Assembly (NCBI GenBank): GCA_964658305.1
Contig: OZ210885.1
Location: forward strand, 10,850,001-10,914,000
Length of the DNA: 64,000 nt
Reading direction: 5' to 3'
DNA from: Leptogorgia sarmentosa
Lineage: Eukaryota
The stretch's first letter is position 1. The number at the start of each line of letters is the position of its first letter. The notes below the pieces were generated by a model that ran no database searches, had not been told where the DNA came from, and worked only from the letters and a program-made list of their open reading frames with translations. Both the position numbers and the translations under genes were made by a program. This document shows, piece by piece, positions 13,801-25,800 of this stretch.

Positions 13801-16800
13801 CAACAATTGGGAAAATGTATTCCAAAACATGATATTCCCCACCAATCATTGCTTTATTGAACCATTAAGGAAGTTTATAATAAATAATATGTTTTATCCG
13901 AATGAAATAACAAATATAATTCTGAAGAGACTCTATTGAAGTAAGATCTTCAAATATTAACTCATACAGTATTACATACCTGTTGCGACAACGCATCTCA
14001 CCCAATCTGTATGGCCAACCAAACTGGCCTCAAAATTTAGTGTATCGGCTTTCCACAACTTGATAGTCTTGTCATCATATCGAACAGTAGCAATGAACTG
14101 TCCATCTTTGGTCGTACACAGCGACTCGACTCCCTCAGGAATACTTGTTGAGAGGTTTTCTCCGGTAGATACACAATACACTTTCAGCCCTACAACGCAT
14201 GATGGATACTCGTCAGACTGATGTTTCAATAATGTCTAACCCTAGACGATTTTGTGAAATCTTGTTTTTAATTGTGTCCCTCTCCGGCGCTGATCCTGCT
14301 CTGGCTGTTGCTGGCTTATGTTTTTACACTGCGTTTCACTGCGCTCTACACGACGTTTACAGTTAACCGCTGGTTTGAACATACGCAGTCGCTGGAATCC
14401 TCAAACCAGCTGTTGCAATTATTGTTTAAATATGAACAATTTGTACTTTTGGCGAAGGTTGAGAGGTGCTACTCAAACAGACGTATCTGGTTTTCCCAGG
14501 AAATCATTTTACTACAGCTACGTTGTAAAACTGCTGTTCCTGGCATCAAACACAAAAAGAATTAGTGAACATGGTCCAATCACACGATACGAAGCGTTAG
14601 CTGTTTGTAAATTTCATAAACCCACCCTGTACCATAACTACATTGTGGTCAAATTGTATGCATTGTACAGGGCATCCATCCAGTGGTACTGTTGGTAAAA
14701 CTTGGTTACAGATCGCGAAAGTTACAACCGTGAAGCAAGGGCCATGTATGGCAGTCGGGCTTCGTTCAAAATAATGAAATTATACTTTGTTTTGAAATGT
14801 AGTCGATTATGTACAACAGGTTACAGGTACGAATTCAGATAAAATGGTTGAAATGTACGACGGATTAAGAACGAGCTCTCTTTCTCTCCAACACGTTTCC
14901 GAAAGTTGAAATACAAATTTTTAATTTTTTTTTTTTCACTGAGTATATACCGCACGAAATAAAGACAAACATCATTGAAATCCTAATAAACTGATCTTTC
15001 GAACGGTGGGTCGCATGTTAGTTAAAAAACAACACAAAAAAAAAATAAAGATTGATCTTCGGAAACGTAAGGAATTAGCATCTATCTGAGAAAAACAGAG
15101 TCCAATATGTTGAAATCCATCTCCTTATTTCTCCCTGAAGCAGCATATTCATGAAACCTGTTTTATGTTCGTGTTATTTGCACATATAATAACATTTCTA
15201 CAAGCTTTTTTGCAATTGTAAAAAATTTCCGCACGCGAACGGCATTAACTAAAACAGGATAAATCAGGTTGCGCAATATAGTCTGAAACATGTGGAAAAC
15301 ATGCCTTTGATTACGTAGAGTGCGTATTCGTATGTTTTTCAGTCTTGGATAAACTCACTTCTGGTTTATTCGCACACGACATAAAAAACACGACAGGTGT
15401 CCCAGGAATTTCGCCCCCCCCCCCCCCCCCACCCAGCTAATTATAGTTACAGGACGAATTCGACCTAAATTAATATGGTGTTGGAGAAAAAGAGTACTTT
15501 TCGTAAGTAATACATTTTTCTAAAATGTATTAACGATTATGCTGCACGAATCTGACGAAATGCTTCTGAATTTCACACATTCGCTACGAAGCGAATACTT
15601 AACTCACTGTGATGACTGCGTCGCTATTTAGAGTGCACTCCCACTCAAATATGGAACGTTACGTGAAACCCAAGAATTGAAACAATATGCATCAATCCGC
15701 TTCATAAACGTTCTTGCATTAAAATGTGAAGCAAATTTTTTTAGTAAGCAACGATGTAGCTAATGTGCACAGAGGCGTAACTACTAGGAGCCCAACCTGG
15801 CCGGGGGCCCTGGGAAGAGATTTCTTCAGGGCCGTGGCTAATGTGAAATTCAACTAATTTTTATAAGTTAACAAAATGTTTGATATCATTCAGTAGCTAG
15901 CTGAAACAATTTTGTTGCCTTTTAAATTGTGCTTGGATGTATATTAATAGTTGTATATTACAGTCGAACTTTTACTGTTGTCATTGTTTCTGCTTTATGG
16001 GAACTTATTTTAGTGTGCTTCTTTTTACGGAACGTTTTTGCCTTTTGGGTATAATTGAAGCAGAAGAGATGTTAAATAGCTATAATATGTTCGATAAGAA
16101 ATAGCGCAGTTAAAATGCATATCTTATGCAGAATTCAGGAGAATATTTCGTAGAGTTAGCATAGTAAAAATGTGAAGCTAAGAGGTATAACTAAGAGGCC
16201 ATCCACAACAGTTCAACCGAGGGCCGACACTGGAGATTTACGCCGCTGAATTTGCAACGTAAAACAAACATTTTGTGGACGTACTTTCAAGTATTTTTAT
16301 TTGAAGAAAAAATAATTATTTTAAGTTAATAAAAGTATTCCAATATTCAATTTGGTACCGGCGGGGTAACATATTTCCGAAAGTATGATCATTTCCGGAG
16401 TTATTTGACAAACATAGTATGAAAAGGATTTAATTTTTTCTCCAATGGCATCGTTGCTGGCGTTCCTTCAGAACCGTTAAATCCGTACACGTCAGCAAAA
16501 TCTTATTTCTTATCGAAACTCGCGCACTTTAATAATAACTTTTAAGCAGAGCGGAAGTCGAGAAAACGTTTATGCAAATTTTCGTTTGCCTATTCTGAAC
16601 AACATTTTGATATCCTAGTTTGATTTGTGTTTAAGATGCTTACCAGCCTCGTACCCAGGCGCTTCTTAGCTTAGAGATATTAGCAGGAATCCAGATAAAT
16701 ATATAGAGATCGGGCGCAAGCGCGCAAGGGTTGATGGGCAGGCGCGACGGAGGAAGCGCCTGGCAGAATATGCAACAAACATGGCGGGCGACTTGTCCAT

Positions 16801-19800
16801 ATTCATAAATGCAAATGAGGAAATTGCTGTTCTTGATGAAATTGACAGGCCAGTCCATCGAGCGGTACATTATTCCGAACGGTGTAATTTCTTCTTCCGA
16901 ACTCGACGATACTATTGAAGCGAAATATTTAAACGAATCGAAACAACGTAGTGTGTAACTGTGTATGCGAAGCGAGATTTGTCAGAATCGTCATAAAATC
17001 AAGATGACAGTATAAAACTACCTTCGAAAGATAATTCCTGAAGCGATCTTTCCAAATCATCCATATTTAAGTGCAACCGGTGCGAGATTTTTCAAAAATT
17101 ATCACATTTTCAAGCTTTTCATACGCAGACCACTTTTTGCAAAAGTGGGACACGGAAATTTGCATATTCTGCCAGGCGCTCCACAAGTCCGTCGCGCCTG
17201 CCCATCAACCCTTGCGCGCTCGCGCCCGATCTCTATATATTTAACTGTATTCTTGCTGATCTCTCTAAGCTAAGTAGGTAGGTAGGTAGGTAGGTAAAAC
17301 TTTATTTGACTACGCTTACCCCTACAGCAAGAGCTGGTTTCCAAGGGGGGCGTAGATTTAGATAGTTAAAAAAAAATACAATTAGCTAATTGATACAAAT
17401 TATGGTCATGCATTACATTACTGTTGACAAACATTACAATACAATAACAAATACAGCTAATATATAATTGTTTACATGTTAAATTAATGTTAATATAATT
17501 CTAGAGGCTGAATAATTCTAATAAGCTAATTAATTAATTGGCCAGGTGACGTATATATGAATTAAATGAAGCAAGAGAAAATTTGTTTCCTGCTTCATCT
17601 GGAAGGCTATTCGACAATTTTGCTCCTCTGTAGCTAAGACTTTTTTTAAGATATTCAGTCTTAGGTTTGGGCAAAAAGAGTTTGGTGGAAGAGCCTCGCA
17701 TATTGTAGTAATAAGAGGAAGGCGTCCCTTGAAAAAGATCGATTAGTCGTTTTGGCGCTAGTTCATGGGTTATTTTATACATAAGACTTGCTACGAAATG
17801 TGCTCTGTGCTCATTTAAAGGTTTCAATTTCAATTCGTCCAGAGCAAGTTCAGATTGACCGTGTTCGTTTTTACGGCCAGTAATAACTCTAGCTGCCCTA
17901 TTTTGTAGTTTCTGGAGTCGATCAGAAAGTGTAGCGCCAATGGTATCCCAAACTTCGCAACAATAATCTAGGTGTGGTAGTATAAGTGCATTATAAGCAC
18001 ATATTAATGTATTGTGATCCACACAAGATTTTAGCTTTCTGATCGCCCCAATGCCGGATGAGATCTTCTTAGCAATTTTATCAATATGCTTGTCCCATGA
18101 TAGAAACTCGTCAATATGAACTCCAAGTGCTTTTGTTTCTTTGACCCTTTTAATTGGTGTATCACCAACAAATACGTTTGGAGCAGCAAGTAAATTATTT
18201 ATGTTGTACCGTGATCCTATTAATAGGTACTCAGTTTTGACAAGATTAAGAGATAATCTATTTGCAGAAAGCCATTGTTTGACGTTGGTAAGGTCATGGT
18301 TTATGGCCACCTCTACATCTTGAATTGATTTGCCAGATACAGTTAGAGCCGTGTCGTCGGCAAACATTCTTGTCGACGAGTACTCCAAACTGTTAGGCAG
18401 ATCATTTACATAGAGTGGGCCAAGAATTGAGCCTTGGGGGATTCCACATGTAACCAACTTCGTGCCCGAGAGAGCGCCATTAACGGAGCACATTTGGGTT
18501 CTATTCGTTAAATAGGATTCTAATAGGTTTAATGATGGCTTCTGAAGGCCATAAAGATTAAGTTTCTCTAACAGGATATCATGATTTATGGTGTCGAACG
18601 CTTTTTGCAGGTCCAGAAAAAGAGCTATATTAAACAGACCACGGTCCATATTAATGAACCATTCATTTGTACTATCTAAAAGAGCAGAGGCTGTAGAATG
18701 AAACTTCCTAAAACCAAATTGACGGGGAGAAAACAACTCCTGTGTGTCAAGATACTCTTGGAGTTGTTCACATAATACTTTTTCAAAAAGTTTACTTACA
18801 ACAGGGAGGATAGAAATCGGGCGATAGTTGTTTAATTGGTTTCGTGGGCCGTTTTTAACTATGGGAGTGACTTTTGCGATTTTCCACTCAGAAGGAACAG
18901 TTGCGCTTATAATGGCCATGTTGAAAATTTTTGTCAATGAATTTGTAACTACAGGAGCAGCAATGCGAATAATTTTAGCAGGGATTTTGTCGATTCCGGT
19001 AGATTTACGAGGATTTAGAGATAACAGAAGTCTGTATACATTCGATTCAGACACTGTTTGAAAATTAAAACTACTAGATGTTGTCGTTATGTAATCTTTG
19101 AAATTTCTGTCACCAGAATCGATATTTTTGGCAATATCTGGGCCAATATCAGTGAAATAATTATTAAAGCACTATAATTATTAAAGCACAGAAGCGCCTG
19201 GGTACGAGGCTGGATGCTTACCATCGTCTGTTCCAATAAACACTCGCTGATCATCTGCACTGAAATCCAGAGCATTAACGCGACTCTCCCCTTGGAACAC
19301 AAAAAGCTGTTCATAATTAACCATTCTCCAAAGGATTGTACTTCGGTCCCACGACCCCGACGCTAGTATTGTTCCACTTTGTGACACAGCCAAACATCCA
19401 ACTCCCTCAGAATGTCCCAATAGTTGTTGAACTTCTCTACCTGTTTATAAATAAGATATCACGTATATAAAAGGGTGTAATAGGTAATTTTCACTCACAT
19501 CGTTACTACATTGGGAGTACTTTTCAAAACATTGCGGCGATAAAATAAATGATTGAGACAAGTAACTACATTAACTAACCCATCAGCTACACTCTGTTTA
19601 CACCGCTAACTTCCATTGTTACTATTACGTCCGTATAGCAACTTAAAGTGCCTATATCAGGGTCAGGGAAATGACTTATTTATGTAGTTCAGGTGATTTT
19701 AAGAACATTTGCAATATATTTGGTAAGACGAAAATTTGATCTTCCTGTACTTTTCGGACCTCAAAGTTGGTAATTTTTTCAATTTTCCGTGAGTACAAAG

Positions 19801-22800
19801 TACTGGTAACTAATTGACATTACCGACGGAAGTGACGTAAAAAGGAGAACACGTCAAATATGCAAAGTATAAATGCCATAGGAAAACAAAGCGTTTGAGA
19901 CGAAATAGCGCTCGAACCTCTTTGAAATATAGACTTTTCGGTTAAAGTTCCTGTGAGAAGATGTCGTCAAGTTTTTCCGACAATTTTGACAGCCAACTAG
20001 ACTCGGATAGATTTTCCATAACGGAATATGTAATGCGAGCAAGCGAAGAACAATGGCAAAGTTTGCAACCGTACCAAGACGAACCGATTGCAAATGTTGC
20101 GTGGAGAAGCGTTAAAGGCAGAACTTGTCGTAGAGGAAGTTGGATCTGTGCAATCTGGCAAAGAAATGGTTGGATATACACAAATCCCGAATTCGTCGCT
20201 CTTTAGTATGGCTTTCAATTTCGCTTTATCGCCAGTCAAGCGAACATCGAAACGCCGAGTAAAATCTCCTGCATTAAAATGCCTGGAACATATCTTTGAA
20301 GAGGCAGATGGTTCAAAGTTTAATCGCCTTCTTCGAACAAAATCGACCCATTTCTTCCTTCGTTTTTTTGCCTCTGGTCGATCAACATTCGCAAAAGGAA
20401 TAACGTGCAGCGATATTCCTTCGTCTGAACTGGTAACATTCGAACATCCATAAACTGCAGACCTGTGTGGCATTTTAAGCCCATAAACGTTTAGAGCAGT
20501 AAGAAAAAATATTTATTTTCGAAGATACAGTGTTCAATGTTGCTGTTTTTACTATAAAGCCCTATTGTTGTCAACGCATGTGTTCTCTTTCTACGTCACA
20601 TCCCATAACTACTTACCAGTAATTGTATCTCACGGTTAAGCGCTAAAATTACTGAAAATTACCAACTTTGAGGTCCGAAAAGTACAGGAAGATCCAATTT
20701 TCGTCTTATCAAATATATTGCAAATGTTCTTAAAATCACCTGAACTACATATTAAATAAGTCATTTCCCTGACCCTGATATAGGCACTTTAAACAGCAAT
20801 GTAAGCGATAGACAAACACCGAAACGATCTTCAATACTAAAAACAAAATAACTGTAATTTTGCGGAATTTACTGTGGCGTGTTTTACAGGCGTGTGTTCT
20901 CATTCGTTACTTCTTGGGATTTCATAAAAGTATGCTCTCATCTTTGTTGTGCAAGTCCATAGATATAGGTATCGAGCCAACTTGAACGCTTGGGTAAGAC
21001 TCGCTACAGGTCCCTGTTGCCTCGATAACTAAAGTGGTAGAGTAACGGTCAATGCCAAACAATTTACTGAAACTTATAATATATTTACTAGTGTTTAAAA
21101 TTTAGTGGCTGATGTTGGCGGTAGAACAGGCGGTAGAACATGCATGAAGCTATGAACAGGAAATATTCTATACAGCGAATACCAATGATTGCACAGGAAT
21201 GTTGTCCTACTTGTATTTGTAATTACTGAACTTTCACATTTTAAAATTGGCATATATCCATTAATTTTATGCACACGATTTCTTAATAATTGTATGTTTT
21301 ATTGTTTAGAAGAAATAATATGTCACTCTGTCCGAATTGATTTTTATAGTTTGATTAATATGTTGCAGACAAAAGCATTCCCTCCAGCCATTTGTGAGAT
21401 TTTTTAATTTTTTACCCAGTAATCATTGATCCAGAAATGACTGAATTAATTTTTATCCCAGCGTAAATCTGGATGAACATGTCTCTTCAAGTTTCCAATC
21501 CAAATTTCAAATATCATCATATGACGACGACTACCGTAGATGATTGGCTAATTTTCTAATGAATTATCAATTACTTTACTTTAACCTTTGTTCCCTCACA
21601 CATAACAACTGCATATTAACTATATTCTCGTTTCAATGAATAACCAAGATCAAAGCTTTTGTTTAGCTAAAAAGGCATGTATGAAGATGTTTAAAATAGA
21701 GTCATAGTATATACGCTACAATTCAATTTGTCAGCTTCCAAAACTGAAACTTTTCTCAAAAACCGGGGCAGTGGGCTACAGGCACTGAGATATAATATTA
21801 CTGGAGAGAGTGCACTCGACTTCTTCCATACAAAGGGGTGAAGCCAAAAACATGACGGATTTTCCGTTGCTGACGCCACTGGTTCTTATTTCTCATATAA
21901 TTTCCACTGACCAACAGCGGTCTCATGTTTCCGACCGACGATTTTCCCTCTTTGTTTTTGTAAAAAAAAGCCGAAATTTTGTTTTTAGCTATATTGAAAA
22001 AATTAAGACATAAAGGCCGAACTTTTGCACGGCTGAAAAGGTTTCACAATCCTTATAAGAAAGCAGATTATTTGAACCAGAAAGGTAAATGTAATCCTTT
22101 TTTATGCAAAAAATTGAATAAAATATTTTCCAAAACGACTACCTTTCAAGTTTCAAATGGGAATTTCGAGGTCTGAATATCTGTGTCGCTTCATTTTTAA
22201 CTAACTAGAATAGATGTCGCTACTTCTTCGGTCGTCTTGAAGATATCAAGACGATATGATATATCAAATGATATCAGAATGTCAAACTAGGGATCCAAGG
22301 ATAGTGCAAAGTTTCTAAGGCCCGTTTCATACGTCTAATTTTGGTCGCATCGAATACAGTTCAAACAATGGATAATGAAGTTAGTCATCTCATTATTCAT
22401 TGTTTGAATTGCATTCGATGCGACCAAAATTCCACGTTTGAAACGGGCCTAAGAAGACATTAAAATCATATTTTGAAAATAATCACTATTTTATTGTCAG
22501 AAAGCAACTGGCAGTCGCAGCAGCGCGTGTGTTAAAAGCAAATCAGATAAATCTCTGACCTCTGACCTTTTTAAAATACATACACATCGTACTGATACTT
22601 CTGCGTCGTAATAAAATATCCCGTTTATTCACAGTATCAGGCCAACGTTAAATTTACTTTTGTATCCCTGTATATGGTTTAGTTCTTTTAGTATCGAAAA
22701 TTCTGTAAATCCCTGGTATGTCTGGTAAACAAACATTTGCGAGGCCGGAAGACGGGAAGAGTCGAAGACGGCGAAAACAAACACGGAAGCTATAAATGCG

Positions 22801-25800
22801 AAAGCTCGCAAATATGTTGGCTATCATCAACCATATTAACTAAATACAATTTAAAATTATGGCTATCTTGTTGTGACGAGTTCTACTGTGTTACACATCT
22901 GAGTTTGCCCGCTATTTGCGAATTGCGATGGCAATGTCGGCCAACTAAATATTTTAATATAATACGCACGGCGGCTGGTTAACAGTAGCTATTTTAAATT
23001 GTGCATGACGAGCCAAATACAAGTTTCTGCTAATAATGATAATAAATTTAAATCTCTATATTCATTGCTGATATATAAAGAACATTTTAACTGCTTTATC
23101 AACGTATTCAGACATGTTGGCCACATGTTATCATCATAGTGAATTACTGATTCACGGTCTCACTCTTAGCGTCCGCCATATTGTGTAATTTCATTCCCTG
23201 ATTCCCCAGACATTGTGCTGAGTTGCAATTTTTGCAAAAACTTAAATTCCGGAGGGGCCTCCGCCACTGTGTACTGTATTGTGCGCTTCTTTGATCACAT
23301 TTCTCATCTAACAAACTTTCGTATCAATGAGAACAACTGCAAATAATGATGACCAATGATATATAACTGCAATCGAATCATTTTTGTTCAAACATTCCAA
23401 GGATATCAGTCAACTACGGAGTTTCGCATATCAGGAGAATTTGGGACGCTCCCCCCGGAGTTTACACTATGAATGAATCGCTGAATCGCTGAATCGCTGA
23501 ATAGCTGAATAGCTGAATCGCTGATGTGAATTTTCGCCCCTCATCACAATACTGCAAAGTTAAACTTTGCACTAAAAAGGAAGAAAACCGAAATATCCTT
23601 TGCAAAAACCAAAATATTTTCGCCAAAACAAAGTTAGTTGTGGTCAGTGGTGCTCCAATGAAAATTAGGAACCAGTGGCGTGGATTTCAATGAATCCACG
23701 CCATAATTTTGGCTTCACTTTTTGATGCCGTGCACTCTCTCCAGTATTTCTTTAGCTCAGTGGCTACAGGTCTAAAAAATTTGGATAATTATCCGTGTAA
23801 CGAAATGAGATTTGGATGGCGTAATATTATTAATACTTACTAGTTATTTGCGCGAAATATGACGTGTGTATACAGTGGTTTATTTTACACTGCACCATTG
23901 CTTTAGCTGAACCGGTGTAACTGTTTCTTGAAAAAATTCCAACATCTATTTCAAGCATAAAAAGGTCAGCACTCATTTTCAAGCTGAAATTTAGACCCCG
24001 TCGTCGAGTTTGTGGCGTTGTAGATTTTAAGGTCCCTACTATTAATTATTGGACGACGTCGCACGAAATACCGCGAGTTATCGTTGGCGAGCGGATCAAT
24101 TATTTGCCGATTCCGAAAAGATCAGCACGTAATTAATCTGAGAACAACCGATATATAACTGAAGCAAAGCATAGCCACATTAACTGGAGTGATACGAAGC
24201 ATAATGGGACGAGCCCTGAGGCCAGTGGCCAGTGAGCTCCATGAGATTATATATAGCGCCGTAAATTTCCGACGTAACATGTACTTTAATAAACTTTTTA
24301 TCTACTTAGTTCATTATCAGCGCTAACGAAAACAATTGAAGCTGAAGGCTAGTACAACGTTTCTCGACAAGTGGGGATTTTGCACTGCAAAGTTTTGTTA
24401 ATTAATAACGTCACCCGACTGGCTTTGCGAAATTGAGAGCGATTTCAAATTTGCTCAGTTTTTTTATACACGTATATCGCGCAGCCGCTCAACTTCATAA
24501 CTCAGAACTGATGATTCTTTCAAATGTGAGTGAGGATATGGTTGCACATATAATTACAATTACAAGCAGAGGCGGCATTGAATCTGTGTTTTATCCCTTT
24601 TCCGGACCGACGATCGGTCAAAAAAAAAAAAAACTATTGAAAACCCCAAACCTTGCCATTAGTTTTATCCACAGTACGTTACCACACGGTTACCTACCTG
24701 TGTCAAGATCAAAGATTGTGATTGAACCATTCCTTAAACCACAAATGACAAGAGTAGCAGATGGAGTATTGGACGTCGCTAATGAGTATACTTCTGAATC
24801 AAACGTTTTTCGAAAGATCTCAGGGCCGCCAAGATCTAAACATGAGAATTCCGGTATAAGACGGCAAGTCTCCGTGCATGTTGCACGAAGTTGCTCTAAT
24901 AGCGTCTTTATCCCCGGATACTCTTCATAAGATAGCAGTCTGCCTGGAAAACAAAAATACACAACAGTATTACCGCACGTATATAACAAATTCAGAAAAT
25001 TTAAAATAGCATTTAAAGATGAAGACAATTTCTGACCGGGAAAAAATAAAAACTGAACAACTAACGGGATTATACTAGCTATATATATATCTGTTTCTTG
25101 ATTATTAATATAATAGGTTCTTAAAATTCATCATATGAGTTCTTTTCTAATTTCTAAAGGAAGTTTTTGATTGTTTTAACAAAATGTTCGTTCCCGTTCA
25201 GTGAATTTCATATAAAGGGGACATAAAGAAAAAACGTTTTTGAAAGGTTTGCAATTGCATGTTAAAATGATGTTGTATTCTGTTTTATATTGTGACAGTA
25301 AAAAGATAAGTAATTTATTTTATGATAACGGAACGAGTATTTATGAATTGATTTATTTCCGCATATGGTACACTGACAAGGGTTAATTCTGCTATATACC
25401 AGCAGTTGTCATGCTTAGTTGCTAGTTACAATTTTGTCATCAGAACCAACGATTAACAGAGTATAGTATGGACTATTGCTTACTTGATTAAGTTAGCAAT
25501 AGTCCATAAATATCGACTTCAGTTCTGGGAAGAATAATCCTTCTTAGGTCGTGTCTTCAATTGTCAAACTCGTTTTGAGACAATCATTCTTTGCATGAAA
25601 CTTTGTATAGGCTTCAGAAATTGCTACATGTTAGTATTTGCAGGTTTTTGAATCACATTTTTGTGGTATCTTGTAGAGAGAAATTGTACCAACATGATGA
25701 TCTTTGAATGAAATTAAGCTTTTTATTCTACGCCTTTTGTCTTATAAATGTGCTCATTAAATAAACCAACTTTTTCATGGGAATGTCTAGACGGTTCACG

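Larger units (their letters stand above)
16644..19212. mobile_element. TIR MITE split by a LINE insertion
   Basis: CAGCCTCGTACCCAGGCGCTTCT...AGAAGCGCCTGGGTACGAGGCTG; TSD GATGCTTAC (7-9 bp reading); empty site in copy B at about 51954-51962. Confidence 0.88.
21783..23762. mobile_element. Non-autonomous TIR element with 8-bp TSD (P/hAT-like), carrying nested insertions
   Basis: CACTGAG...CTCAGTG termini, TSD GCTACAGG; empty site in copy B at about 53572. Confidence 0.85.

Noticed and set aside
14272..14698. Plus-strand ORFs also present at 49594-50054
   Set aside because: Similarity is explained by the recent duplication; frames and stops differ between copies and no domain is recognisable.
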